Shown here: positions 45,501 to 56,390 of the stretch, one piece after another
Layout of the letters: each line of letters starts with the position of its first letter
Position numbering within the stretch: position 1 is the stretch's first letter
Source: Asterias rubens
Taxonomy: Eukaryota
Direction: 5' to 3'
DNA: 64,000 nucleotides
Assembly: GCF_902459465.1 (NCBI RefSeq)
Contig: NC_047068.1
Span: 19,530,001-19,594,000 of the forward strand
Program-made: the position numbers and the translations under genes
Notes under the pieces: generated by a model
Told to the model about the DNA's origin: nothing
The model's database searches: none
Seen by the model: the letters and a program-made list of their open reading frames with translations, nothing else

Positions 45501-48500
45501 GCAGAGGTAAAACTAAATCATGGTTACAGCCAACTTGATCCCGGAAATTTTAATACCCGAAAGACTTGCACATCAGTTTATACAGTCAAACATCAATGCA
45601 TAATCAGTACTAAAAGATTGACTTGAGTTGACCCATTTATCCAATGATGTCATGACCAGCATGGGAGGCCTTTATATGACCATATACATACATGTAGTAC
45701 AACACCAACTTGTCAATTTACAGAGACCTGTCAACCTGAATTATACAGTTACTACCTCACAGCCCACGGTGTCTAATCTCCTAAGATTTGAATCCCTTAA
45801 GGATATTAAAATGTCAGTCACACAGGCTTCCTGACAAATATAATTGACTTGTTTCTGTTCATGCTATTAAAAGGAATGATACATACAAGTGCACCTACTA
45901 AAAGCTTTGTCACTCTGCCACTTTTTGTTCATGTTAACTCTAGGTGCAGGGTTTGCCCTTGACTGTTAAAGGGGACATGGACATGCTCGGTATTTTGTCA
46001 AAGACCAGTAATCTCACTTGGTGTATCCAGACATGCTTAAAATAACAAACATTGTGAAAATTTGGGCTTGTTTGGTTTAATCGAAGTTGCAATAGGATAA
46101 TGACAGGAAAAAACATCCTTCGTTGCTAAAATTTTGTGAGCTTTCAGATGCCTAATAAAAGGTTTTGTGCCACGACGAAATACTTGAGTGAAAAAAAAAC
46201 TACATTACTTCAGAGGGTGCTGTTGCTCACAATGCTTTGTACTGTCAACATCTCCCCATTGCTCGTTTCCAAGTAACTTTTTACAATGATTTTTTAGTAA
46301 TTACCGATAGTGTCCAATACCTTTAAAGTGACTGGTCAGCAGTGTCAGGTACATGTAGCTTGTCATTTTACTGGGCACTCACCCTTTTCACTGATCCGTA
46401 TTTCAACATTCTCTATGGTAGTAGGGAAGATTTTTGACTCCGGTCTTGTAAAAATAATAATTTTACTCCAGTAATATTTTTGTGATAATAATATAAATAA
46501 TACCAAAACTTATATAGCGCCCTAATCATGTAGACATGCTCTAGGGCGCTGAACATGGATAAAATAGACAAACTAAAAAATAAGAAAATACAGAATTATA
46601 ACAACTGGAGTAAAAATTCTTAAACACATTCAACCAGTTTAATAGTAAACAAACTTAATCAATAGAAAACCTGAGGTATTAAAAATGCAACTAGGTCTTA
46701 AATCTAAAATACAGAACATTATTACACATTGCAAGCATTAACAGTAGGTTAAAAATAGATTATTGACAATTAAAAATGATTTAAACCATTCATTGAAAAT
46801 ATTCAATTTTAAATAGATGAGTTTTCAGTGCGCTCCTAAATTTGTTTGTTTAACGACAAGCTATGAGATCTTGTGGATTTTCCACTGGAGCCCTGTGATA
46901 GCATCTCGGATTGAAAGTTTGTTCTGGAAGGTTCATCAACACCATGTGTGTGTTTTCCAGTAGCAGGAGATACCATGGCACAAAGCCAACCTCTATTTAT
47001 GACAAACCTACACCTCCGCAATAATTGCACAACGTAATATTGAGATGTTACACAAGGGGGTTGAGTTGTGATTGCTCCCAGGCCCAATGTCAGTAAAGTC
47101 GGTGGTCTACGCTTATTGGGTTTCACACAGAAACACGTATCCTCCGGGCTGATATCATCATCAGCGGAAATCTGCTCAATACATGTAGATCTTAAAGGCA
47201 CTGGACACTATTGGTAATTGTCAAAGACCAGGTTTCTCACTTGGTGTATCTCAACACGTACACAAAATGACAAACCTGTGAATTTGAACTCTTGGTCGTT
47301 GAAGTTGTGTGAGAATAACGGAAGAACAAAACTCCCTTGTCGCACAAGTTGTGTGCTTTCAGACGCTTGAATTCGAGACCTCAAAATCTAATTCTGAGGT
47401 CTCAAAATCAAATTCTAATATTTTAGTGGAAAATTACTTGAGGTTACCTCTAATTCTGAGGTCTCAAAATAAAATTCAAATATTTTAGGGGAAAATTACT
47501 TCTTTCTCGAAAACTACATTACTGCAGAGGGAGCCATTTCTCACAATTTTTTATATACTATCAACAGCTCTCCATTGCTCGTTACCAATTAAGTTTTTAT
47601 GCTAACAACTATTTTGAGTAATTTCCAATAGTGTCTTGTACCTTTAAAGGGAAGGTAGTCAGGGATTGATGTTAACATAGAGTAAGGACAGGGTACTCTA
47701 TGATGTGAGCATTACCCAGTTGGGTCTTCAGGCTTTTTAAAACTCATGTTCTTCTTTCTTAAAGGCAATGTGGACACTATTGGTAGTTACCCAGAATAAG
47801 TTGTTAGCATAAAAATTTACTTGTTATACTAATGAGCAATTGAGAGCTGTTTATAGTATAAAACATTGTGAGAAACAGCTCCCTATGAAGTACGGTAACA
47901 TATTTTTGGGGAAAGGGGTAATTTTTCACTCATATAATAAACGAATTCAGGAATGAAGCCTTTCATTAGACATCTGAGAGCTAGTAAGTGAGAGCACACA
48001 AATTTGTGCAAGAAGGCTTTTTTCCCCTTCATTATTCTTTCGCAACATCGATGGGCGATTAAATTTTCACAGATTTGCCATTTTGTGCATTTTTTGGCAC
48101 TTGGGATACACTAAGTGAGAATACTGGTCTTTGACAATAAGGCTACCCAAGGTGTCCAGTGCCTTTAATGTTTCAATATAGCCTACATGTATACTTTAGG
48201 GCAGTGAAAACTTAGACTTTGCGATAAAGATTCTCTAGATCAAATATCTTAATTCCACATCGTGTTTGGAAATGACATTTCACACTTAAATTATGATTGA
48301 AGGTCTTTGTATTTGCTTATACGTTGAGCATGGATGGATGGGTGTTGAGTAATTTGGTGAGGGGGTAATCTTACAGGAGAAATATATTATTTTCACAGGG
48401 ATGTGTAATTTTATGCATGTTGGGATAAACCAAGTGAGAAGACTGGTCATTGACAATTACCAAAGGTGTCCAGTGCCTTTAACGTTTCAATATAGGCTTC

Positions 48501-51500
48501 ACTCTTAGGGCAATGAACACAAGGTCTTGAGAAAAGTTACAATTTGGAAGGGAAGTACAGTTAAATATTTATTTACTTATTTAGTGTATGAAATCAAATT
48601 TCAACTTCAAGGAAATATTTGGGTTTCAACTGTTTTTGTCTGAAAAATCAAATGCACTTTCGCAGACAACATCCATTAAAATGTTTTCTTATTTTTTTCC
48701 CCTGCTAATGAATGATACCAACAATTGCCTCTTCCTTCATTGATGTTTCTTCGTGATGGTTTGACCTCCCGACCTTCAACCTTTGACCTGCAGAATACAC
48801 GGTGAGTGATACTACTCCCTGGTAACATTGGGTGCGTTCGTTTAGCTTCCCTGGGTCGACCCTGGTGTGTGGTGGGTTTTTTTCCCATGACGAACGTGGT
48901 TAATTATCTGCACACGTTCATCCTGGGAAAAAAAAAACGCCACACACCGGGTACGACCCAGGGAAGCTAAACGAACGCACCCATTAAATCAAGATTGAGG
49001 GTAATTTGAAAGATTCTAACAATGCAATCTGCATTGAAATGCTATTGAAAAAAAATCACACACCATTCCTTTTGCAAATTACAGTAAGTCTTTAAGATGA
49101 ATTTCGAAGATGCATCTATTTGACCATTTGGTCATGCACCTATTTCAGCATTGATATTATTAGCAGGCCTAGTTGCTATGTTTTTGAAAGGGCAACAGTA
49201 ACAAGGAATTTTCTCATTGATGTTTAAAGGCACCTCTATGAGGTAGTTGTAAATTTCAATTGGAATATTTCTAGGGGCACCAAGGCAATGACCACCAGGG
49301 GCAATGTTAGCAAATTGCCTCTGTGAAGTATCAGACCGGCTGTGTTGAATGACACTTTTTTAACAGAAACTTCTTGCCATTAGTTTTAAAAGCAATTACC
49401 AAACATAGGCTATACCTTCCCTTTAAGGTCTGTTTTTTGGGGAGGGCAGATGCTACTACATAGATACAGTTTCTCCATCTTAGAAACACCTGGATTCTGT
49501 CTTGATCACGTCTTAGGGAGGTTTTTAATCAGAGTGGTGGGCCATCTCAGTAACAGGATGGTGTCATCTGACAGATGATGAGTATAGACTCAAACAGTCT
49601 GGTAAATTGGATTGCCAACCCTCCTGACAGGGACAGGCACTCAAGGATTTTGCCAGTTGAAGAGTGGAATTAATATGTGTTGTTTTTACTTGTGAATTAT
49701 TTAGGAAACAATTTCATTTAATTTTTGTCTTGCATCTAAGGCATGTTTTCCATTTGTGTATAAGTAGGCTATGTACCCTCCCAATAAATAAATAAATAAA
49801 AAATTAAAAATTATAAATACAAATTAAATAAAATATCAACACAAAAATGACAGCAGACAGCATAGTTAATTATAGCATAATCCCCTTAAACAAGCACATA
49901 ACACAACGAAAACTACATAGAATTGCAAGGGTCGTGGGTTCGAATCCCACTCATGTAATATGCCTGTGATATTTTTTCACAGGACTCGGGAAAGTACTGA
50001 GTATACAGTGCTAACCCACATCAGTGTATGGGTAAAAATCAAAATTAATATTCTTTATCCCCGGTGCAAATTTAACATCTATTATACATGGGACAGTTAA
50101 AACTTTGTATTTTCTTTATTCTGAACCCAATAATTTTCTCTGTATTATTATTATCAACTCTTAAAATGCATGGCAATAAAAGCTGACTTGGTACAGCAGC
50201 TTTCGATAGTATAAAACAGTTAAATGTTGATTTTTTTTCATTTTTTTTTAAATTTTTCATCCCTCGAAGTTCGAATCTGAGAAAGGTAACCGTCAGAAAC
50301 GTTGCTCAGATTTTGTATTCCAATTGTAGATTATTCTACCTTTGGACATAACTGCTTGCGATATCTATACAAAAAATGCGACCACCTTTTGACATGGAAT
50401 TTGTACAGGTTATTTTTATCGTATTTATCTATATTTTATATCTTGTTTATGTTGATTGCAAAGTGGCTGTAGGGCACATTGGTTTTGGATATATCTACAT
50501 GTAATTATGACATTAGAAATTTACAAATGACTTTTAATGCACCTGTTAAAAGATTGCACTGGCTAGCAATTAATCGTTGTAATTCTCACTTTTTTCTTAA
50601 AACCAGTGAATGTTATCTTTATTTTGCAGTGTTCATTTTTACCAAGGTTTAGCATCTTCATAGAAACAAGATATGAAAACAACAGTGGAACAACAGAAAA
50701 TGTAAGTATCAACCTTTCTGACCCTCTTTTAATACATTTCCAGAACCATTTTACTGACTTTACTTGTAGCTTTGAATTTTGTGTTGTTGTTTATATTTTT
50801 TAATGTAAAAAAGCGCCAAATGCTGAGAGTGCTTTACACAATGCATAAGTCCACTTGGGCAAGAATTCTTGTAAATGTTGCGCACACAGTTGCATAAAGT
50901 TTTATGAAAGTGGCGGCTGGGCAACAAAATAAAGGCCATGGCCTTCAGAGCCTCTGTGTAATGGACCCTTCCCATGAAATATGCTAATTACATTCACGCA
51001 TGCCTACAGACCCTGTTGGTTGGCAAACATCATAGAGTTGTGCACTAAGCAGACGCGCAATCGTGTGTGCGTCACACACCCATTAGCCGTGTACAAAACA
51101 GCGCTATTTTCCCTCATTTTGCCAACCAAAACGTTAGTGCGCACGCGCTATGTGCAATTTACATATTTCATGGGAAGGGTCTATTACAGGCCTGAACAAG
51201 ATTGGGTCGAACTTTAGTAGTCATGCCGTCGATTTCACAAAGAGTTAGGACTCGTCTTATCTCGAGTTAGGATAGTAACTCTTCCTAACGTAGGACTAAT
51301 CTTAAGGTCTGCATGCTACAGTGCAGTGTTGGGACTCGTCCTAAGTCCTAAGATTAGTCTTAAATTAGGAAGAGTTTTGTGAAATGACGGATGACTAAGT
51401 ATTGTTGAATTCGTAGTAAAGATCCGTTCCGTTTTTCAGCTCCTTACTATTTCTCAGCATGAATGTTTCTAAGGATAAAAAACAAAATGACACTCTTTAT

Positions 51501-54500
51501 CCACAAAAAATTGTTATTTAAAAAAAAATATATATATATTTATATGAAATAAATGTTTCTGTGTTTGTGATTTGAACAGTGCCTAAGTCTTTCTGAAGAG
51601 GAGTTGAAGGAACGACAAGTCCTGCATTTAGATATAGCTTATGATGACATACCAGAGAAATACTTCAAGGAAGAAGAGGTAACAATCCAACAATTAGCAG
51701 TCCAAAGTTACTGGGATCTTTGAATAGGGTTCAAAAATTTTCAATGACTTTGTTTTTTAAGCAAGGTATCAAAACTGCTAATTTTAGAATAGGTAGAACC
51801 GATTCAAAACAAATTCAGAATTATGTGTACATCTTGGCCAAGAGGTCAAGCGCTCTGTACTCGTGCTCTGGTGTTTCTTATTGGCAGAGTGTTGGTTCAA
51901 GTCCCAGTCTTGACACTTGTGTTGGTCATGTGTGTTGTGGGTATTTGATATACAGTACTTGATACCGTGGGGTCAATGCATGGTTTTTCAACGTTTTTCA
52001 ACCTCGTACAACGAAGCTTAGTTTTCGGCTTCATTGTACGAGGTTGAAAAATCTTAAAATACCATGTTTTGACCCCGTGGTATCAAGTACTGTATATCAA
52101 ATACCCAGTTCCGTGCCAGTACATGTATCTATCTATACAGTTTGTCGTGAAATCAGAGCGGGCTGGTGCTTGAGTAAAAAGCCTTGGACAAGGCTACCTC
52201 TCAACTTGATATGGTTACCTGTATTTGCTTCTAGTGTATAAAGCACAAAATCTTTGTGAAACTGAATGAATGTCCGTCCTTGCATCTTACAAATAATGTG
52301 ACCTCCATCATAGGAAATTGTAATGTAAGAAGAAGGACAATTGGTTTTCTTGGTATTCTACCTATTTTTAGGATCTCACCAAATTCCGCTCTAAAAAGAC
52401 AGGAAGAGGGCCTCTACAACCAGGATGGAGGGTGAGTGATCGAACTAATGAATTCAACAGGAAGCTTGGCACCACCTTGTTCTATGAATGATAATATCAT
52501 TAGGCTTGGAATTACATCTTTGATTGGGCAAGGCTAAAGGCCGAGTAACGCTGCAGTGATAACGAAAACGATAACGACATGATGCAAAGGGAATGCATTC
52601 TATTGGTTGAGTTGCTCCACTCATTCAACCAATAGAATGCGTTCTCTTTGCGTTGTGATCGTTATCGTTTTCAATATCGCTACAGTATGACTCGGCCTTA
52701 AGATCTTAATTTTGCAAAGGTACATGTAGTTCAATGAAATATCTTAAAGTGTATTTGGAACTTTTGAATGGGCATCAAGGCAAAAACCACGGGCAACAGA
52801 GCTCATGGCCTCTGTTGCGTCTGTGCAATTCCAGGCTTGTAATATTTTAACGGTTTGAAACAAAACATGTAGACAAATTCTGATGAAAGAGTTATTGTTT
52901 CAGTCTTCTTCAAGAAGAGCACCACCGTTCTCCTGAAGGGTCATTTTGACTTTCCATCACTGGGAGGGGTGGTATTTTGCAACTTCTTATATTAAAAAAC
53001 ATTGGGTTGAATGTTGTATTGACCTGAAGCATTGAGATCATCTAGCCGCTAGAGCCAATCAATGATGAATCAATGGAATCCCCCAGATTTGTACACGCAT
53101 TGCACAGGATGTGCCAATGAACAAGGTCCTTTTACCTCAAAGCCCGACTCCAAACGATGTCATGTACATTTAAAGGTCTTTGGGGTGAGGGATTTAAAAC
53201 AGGCTTGGGCCCTTTTTGAATCTTTGGCTTTGGATTCGGCTTCAGGCTCCGTTCTCTCGTCTGAAATCCTGAGCGCGTACTTTGCGTACGCGTAATTGTC
53301 GCAACAACCGCGGGGCCATGCTAGTCTGAGCCGAATCTGGAGCTAAAGCCGATGTTTCCAAAAAGATACTGTTGTTGGAGATACTGTTAAAGATTTGATT
53401 TTCTTGAAACAGTTTCCCTTTCTCTGCAATTACAAAGTTGTGTGACTTTTATTTAGGGTTCTTCTGCGTCAACCATGGTATTTGTGATAGTGTAAAAACA
53501 GTTTTGTTTCGTAATCAGTTTCTTGAATGTGATGACCTTGATACTCTTGGTCGGCTACTCGGATCGTTTTGACAATCCTTTTGTTTCATACTTTGTCAAG
53601 ATAGTCTGGGGGGTCGTCCGAGAGTGTCAGGGTTATCCTGTGTCTTTATTTACGTGTTCATATCCCTTTTACTGTATATTTGATGTAATTTTTATAAATC
53701 TTCTTATCTTCTCCATTTTTGGAGGTTCTGAGGAAAAAAAAAAAAAGAAGAGTTTTCTTATTATATATTTAAGAATGAATTCACACAAAAAAATCATAAA
53801 ATAAAACCATGTATAACGCTCTAGATTGCACATTACAAACCCCTACATAAAGACATTCAGATGTAGAGAACTTTGTTTCAAATCAGCGTGCTTCAACCAA
53901 ACTTGCAAAAGCTGGGTCCAAAACGCCCCACAGTTTAGAAAGTCCGAGGGAGAACCCTGATAAAGTAAATGTTTTCTTCTTTTTGTTCACAATACAGGAG
54001 CAGAGTAAGACGATAATGTGTTCTTATAAATTGGTTCGAGTCAAGTTTGAAGTATGGGGCTTTCAGACCAGAGTGGAGAACATGGTGCACAAGGTGAGAT
54101 TCATTGCACAGGTTGAACTTACATGCTGCATGAATTAAGATGCACTGGCATCCTTGTGTAAGGCTTGATTTAGAGTAAACTATTTAGTCGTCAATGATCA
54201 GGGCGTTTGGGTTGGCGTAGTGGTTTCTTTCCTCGCCTTCCTCCTCTCGGAACCCGATCCAAATCACGCCGAGGTCACTATGTGGATTGTGTTTTTCCAG
54301 TCCCTACCTGGCGTGGGTTTTCCCTGGAATATTTCTCTTGGGTTTCCTCCAACATATAAAACTGACACTTCCTTCTTTGTTGTCTCTCCATGGAGCTCAT
54401 GGCTGTCAAGTGTAGGGATAAAGAGAATCCTTGGCTTCACATCCAGATTTAATCAATTTAATGAAATGTAATGACATTCAGCCATTTGTGATATTATGAT

Positions 54501-55941
54501 ATCTGGTACAATGACTTTCTTAGTCAGAGTTTCCACTTTAATTGAATTCCTCTTACTGCAGAGACAGTTGCTATGCCACATGATTTGGGGCGTGCTTTTG
54601 CGTAGTTATGTAAAGAGATGGTGACCAATCACACATACTGTTGAATCAATGTGTATGGCACAATGGTACCAGGGTTTGTGCATATAAGGTGCTTCTCAAA
54701 AGCTTGCTCCTAACAGGCATCTTTGATGACAAACAATGGAAGCATGTCCCTGTGCACAACTCTCAGCCAATGAAACGGCTCTTCCCCTATGCATGATTAA
54801 TCAAAGATGACAGCCAATCTAAGGGGTCTATTAGTGGTAGTGATCACAATCAGTTTATGCTCAAATGAAGTTACATTCACTCAATTAAAACATTATTCCA
54901 AAATATCTTAACATGTTTTTAACAAATCGTTATTAACAAGTTGGTTACATATTATTTGGTAGTCCACTCAGCAATTTGAGAAATGGTGTTTCAATCCCAT
55001 GGCAGTTTTTGGGCAGAGACCTAAGTGTGGGTGTGTTTTTCTTAAATTGTTCTTTTAGAAAATGATGTATTTTGATTATTTGTGCTTCTGTTGCAGGCAA
55101 TACAAGATATTCTTTTGCTGGGTCACAGACAAGCATTTGCATGGATTGATGAATGGTTTGGTAAGTTATTCACAGTGGGAATTTCACACCAGCCTTGTAA
55201 AGTTCAAGAAATGTATTATACAAAATTTTTGGTACAAATGTGTTCTTATTGAGGAGTATAATGAATTTTCTTTGTTTTTGAAATGTTGATTGTTTACATG
55301 TTCATGGAAGATTATGTAAATTGGGAGAAGCATCAACAGGGATGTAATGTCAAGGTTTTGTACAAGAAACGTGTTCTAATTCATGGCATTAAATATTTGT
55401 CCATGTGGTTTTTGTTGTTGGTTTATTTTAAAGGCATTGGACACTATTGGTAATCACTCAAAATAATTATTAGCATAAAACCTTACTTGGTAACGAGTAA
55501 TGGGGAGCTGTTGATAGTATAAAGTTAGATTTTGAGGTCTCAAAATCAAGCATCTGAAAGCACACAACTTCGTGTGACAAGGGTGTTTTTTCTTTCATTA
55601 TTATCTCGCAACTTCGATGACCAATTGAGCTAAAATTTTCACAGGTTTGTTATTTTATGCATATGTTGAGATACACCAAAGTGAGAAGACTGGTCTTTGG
55701 CAATTACCAATAGTGTCCTGAATCTTTGAAGAGAGAAATTTTTCATTGTGTTTATTATTGGTTTTCTTTTGTAGATATGTCCGTTGAAGATGTCAGGAAT
55801 TACGAGAAGCAGCAACAAGAAGAGACGAATAGCAAGGTGAATGCCGGCCTGAAGAGGCAGTTAAGCCAAGAGTCGGCAAACGAAGACGAGTTTACGTTAG
55901 CCTCTGAAGAACCGTTGGAAGATTTAGCCTCCAGTAAATGA
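24529..55941 (+). CDS. PITPNC1: Cytoplasmic phosphatidylinositol transfer protein 1 (RdgB-beta); join(24529..24576,36302..36450,41002..41099,48794..48801,50630..50701,51580..51678,52372..52431,53998..54093,55097..55160,55775..55941), 286 aa
   Basis: GT-AG junctions, 861 nt in frame. Peptide MLIKEYRICMPLSVEE-YKTGQLYMIAKHS...FYVTEKAWNYFPHTIT-EYT-CSFLPRFSI...KTGRGPL...MCSYKLVRVKFEVWGFQTRVE...LLGHRQAFAWIDEWF matches class IIB PITP. Confidence 0.96.
25150..25271. mobile_element. Short MITE
   Basis: TIR ttagccccacttgtgtggtcaa / ttggccaaacaagtggggctaa. Confidence 0.65.
25532..25927. mobile_element. Kolobok-type MITE family A (reverse orientation)
   Basis: TTAA-flanked; same internal sequence as 9312-9698. 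Confidence 0.75.
26142..26582. mobile_element. Harbinger-type MITE
   Basis: TIR aggccaaa..aaaaaataccacttgatcgtcc / gggatgatcaactggttttt..ttttggcct with internal actattt / aaatagt repeats. Confidence 0.6.
27218..27495. mobile_element. Kolobok-type MITE family D
   Basis: ttaa-agccattggacactttc ... gaaagtgtccaatggct-ttaa. Confidence 0.8.
27851..27949. repeat. 23-bp tandem repeat, about 4.3 units
   Basis: (aaattctaaaggaggccaactag)4. Confidence 0.92.
28903..29246. mobile_element. Kolobok-type MITE family B, full palindromic copy
   Basis: aggaacatgttgccttggaacggacgag / ctcgaccgatccaaggcaatgtgttcct-ttaa. Confidence 0.8.
29496..29874. mobile_element. Kolobok-type MITE family C (5'-truncated copy at about 28340-28710)
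   Basis: ttaa-aggaacgctacagaattggt ... accaattctgtaatgttcct-ttaa. Confidence 0.8.
31936..32556. mobile_element. Kolobok family A MITE interrupted by a Harbinger-type MITE (32281-32526)
   Basis: Host agaagactg|gtctttgac is split by an element with TIR ggcccaatttcatggctctgcttacc / ggtaagcagagccatgaaattgggcc, flanked by CTG / CAG. Confidence 0.8.
33996..34334. mobile_element. MITE hosting a nested copy of the hammerhead/stem-loop repeat (shorter related copy at 44292-44460)
   Basis: TIR aagccaggttcatacttc / gaagtatgaaccaggctt; the related copy at 44292 lacks the insert. Confidence 0.75.
34081..34205 (-). mobile_element. Second subfamily copy of the hammerhead/stem-loop repeat
   Basis: Minus strand gatcag-agcgta-ctgatc-aaaa-cgtc...ttttc-agaacc-acccc-aactcatttagagatt...accgcaaacc...caccattcaaagtttcaaa. 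Confidence 0.65.
34934..35311. mobile_element. Kolobok-type MITE family A (adjacent partial copy 34769-34910; another at about 35649-36045)
   Basis: TTAA-flanked, same TIRs as 9312-9698. Confidence 0.78.
36486..37001 (+). mobile_element. Tandem tRNA-derived SINEs: head-only copy followed by a full copy
   Basis: gggtggcatggttggcttg...ggttcgatacc at 36486 and again at 36641; the body of the second matches 12694-13010. Confidence 0.8.
39108..39300 (+). mobile_element. Degenerate tRNA-derived SINE (related heads at about 16776-16830 and 51835-51930)
   Basis: agctctagtgttatcagcaccagagtgtgggttcatatcctggtcatgacactt pattern shared among the copies; B-box-like gggttcatatcc. Confidence 0.55.
40381..40470. 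repeat. Three perfect 30-bp tandem units at an L2-type 3' tail
   Basis: (gctatgtaagacttgggttaccaaacgtac)3 directly after cagcgccttgagaaccttgcttggtagatacttgc. Confidence 0.92.
41211..41591. repeat. Diverged tandem duplication (offset 222 bp) just downstream of PITPNC1 exon 3
   Basis: cgggtgtgac...aagggatcagcagagaaac...ttttactggacca...cggacttgtac occurs twice (41211 and 41433). Confidence 0.85.
43405..43691. mobile_element. Harbinger-type ggccc MITE with an internal about 60-bp duplication
   Basis: TIR ggcccgatttcatagagc / gctctatgaaaataggcc; related copies at 11865, 42257, 42880, 58725-58918. Confidence 0.7.
44623..45009. mobile_element. Kolobok-type MITE family A
   Basis: ttaa-aggcagtggacactattggtaatt / aattaccaatagtgtccactgcct-ttaa, a perfect TIR. 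Confidence 0.85.
45966..46326. mobile_element. Kolobok-type MITE family A, diverged
   Basis: TTAA-flanked; same internal landmarks. Confidence 0.7.
46490..47170 (-). mobile_element. 3' portion of an L2-clade LINE
   Basis: Minus strand FRSALKTHLFK (L2 ORF2 end) and a 3'UTR hairpin cagcgccctagagc...tagggcgctatataag with AT tail. The upstream boundary is uncertain. Confidence 0.6.
47192..48168. mobile_element. Two adjacent Kolobok family A MITEs (47192-47647 with an internal duplication; 47759-48168)
   Basis: TTAA boundaries and family TIRs. Confidence 0.78.
48794..48801 (+). CDS. PITPNC1: 8-nt coding microexon of PITPNC1 (AATACACG, completing E-Y-T)
   Basis: ctgcag|aatacacg|gtgagt. It is required to restore frame between exon 3 (phase 1) and exon 5 (phase 0) and gives the conserved TITEYTCSFLP. 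Confidence 0.9.
48830..48982. mobile_element. 153-bp foldback MITE, ATT TSD
   Basis: gggtgcgttcgtttagcttccctgggtcg / cgacccagggaagctaaacgaacgcaccc, a perfect 29-bp TIR. Confidence 0.85.
50958..51187. mobile_element. MITE (other copies 56446-56660 and partial 13380-13480)
   Basis: TIR gacccttcccatgaaatatg / catatttcatgggaagggtc. Confidence 0.8.
51939..52106. mobile_element. 168-bp near-perfect palindromic element
   Basis: gggtatttgatatacagtacttgatacc / ggtatcaagtactgtatatcaaataccc, with inner ttcaacctcgtacaa / ttgtacgaggttgaa. Confidence 0.8.
52538..52698. mobile_element. Harbinger-type palindromic MITE, TAA TSD
   Basis: taa-aggccgagt ... actcggcct-taa; inner gcattctattggttga / tcaaccaatagaatgc. 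Confidence 0.8.
54200..54370 (+). mobile_element. Degenerate tRNA-derived SINE
   Basis: ggttggcgtagtgg...cctcgccttcc...ggtcactatgtggattg...gggttttccc layout parallels the SINE at 12694. Confidence 0.5.
55428..55722. mobile_element. Kolobok-type MITE family A with an internal deletion
   Basis: ttaa-aggcattggacactattggtaatc start; aattaccaatagtgtcc end. Confidence 0.75.
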
Positions 55942-56059
55942 TTCCCCCCCCTCCATGTTGTGTATACGTTGATATAGACTTGGAACTCCTTGGGCTGAGC
56001 ATAAAGCAATAGGATGAAATCTTGTTGAGCTCCTAAATACTCCAGATAGCATGGACTAA

Positions 56060-56390
56060 AGGTCTTTTCACACTACCTCCTTTTCGAACCGCATTGAAAC
56101 CTACCCGGGTCTTTTCCGGTTCAGCGTCGCTTCTTTTCGACAAGGATCAGAGACAAGCAACATTCACACTGGTCTTAATGTGAACCGGCTAATCACGGCA
56201 GAAAAATGCAATTTCGATCCGGATTGAGATTTTCAACCCTGGTCCCTGCCAGGGTTGATTTCTATCCGGCTAGAGCATGCTACCCGGATAAGAGGTGCTT
56301 TGAAATTTTTACAGTGTGAAACAGGTTGAACAAAGTCTCCGGTTCGGAACCGGTTCTGACCCCGAGATTTTGGACAGTGTGAAAAGGCCT
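56060..56390. mobile_element. Harbinger-type MITE in the probable PITPNC1 3'UTR
   Basis: TIR aggtcttttcacact / agtgtgaaaaggcct, TAA / CAA flanks. Confidence 0.65.

Noticed and set aside
49568-49602. Hammerhead-like gatgatgagtatagactcaaacagtc
   Set aside because: A stem II-like hairpin exists but C3 and G12 are missing and stem I does not form.
50277-50320. Hammerhead-like ctgagaaag...gaaacgtt
   Set aside because: Stem II and stem I cannot be paired convincingly and the C3-G8 pair is broken; at best a very decayed remnant with no linked stem-loop.
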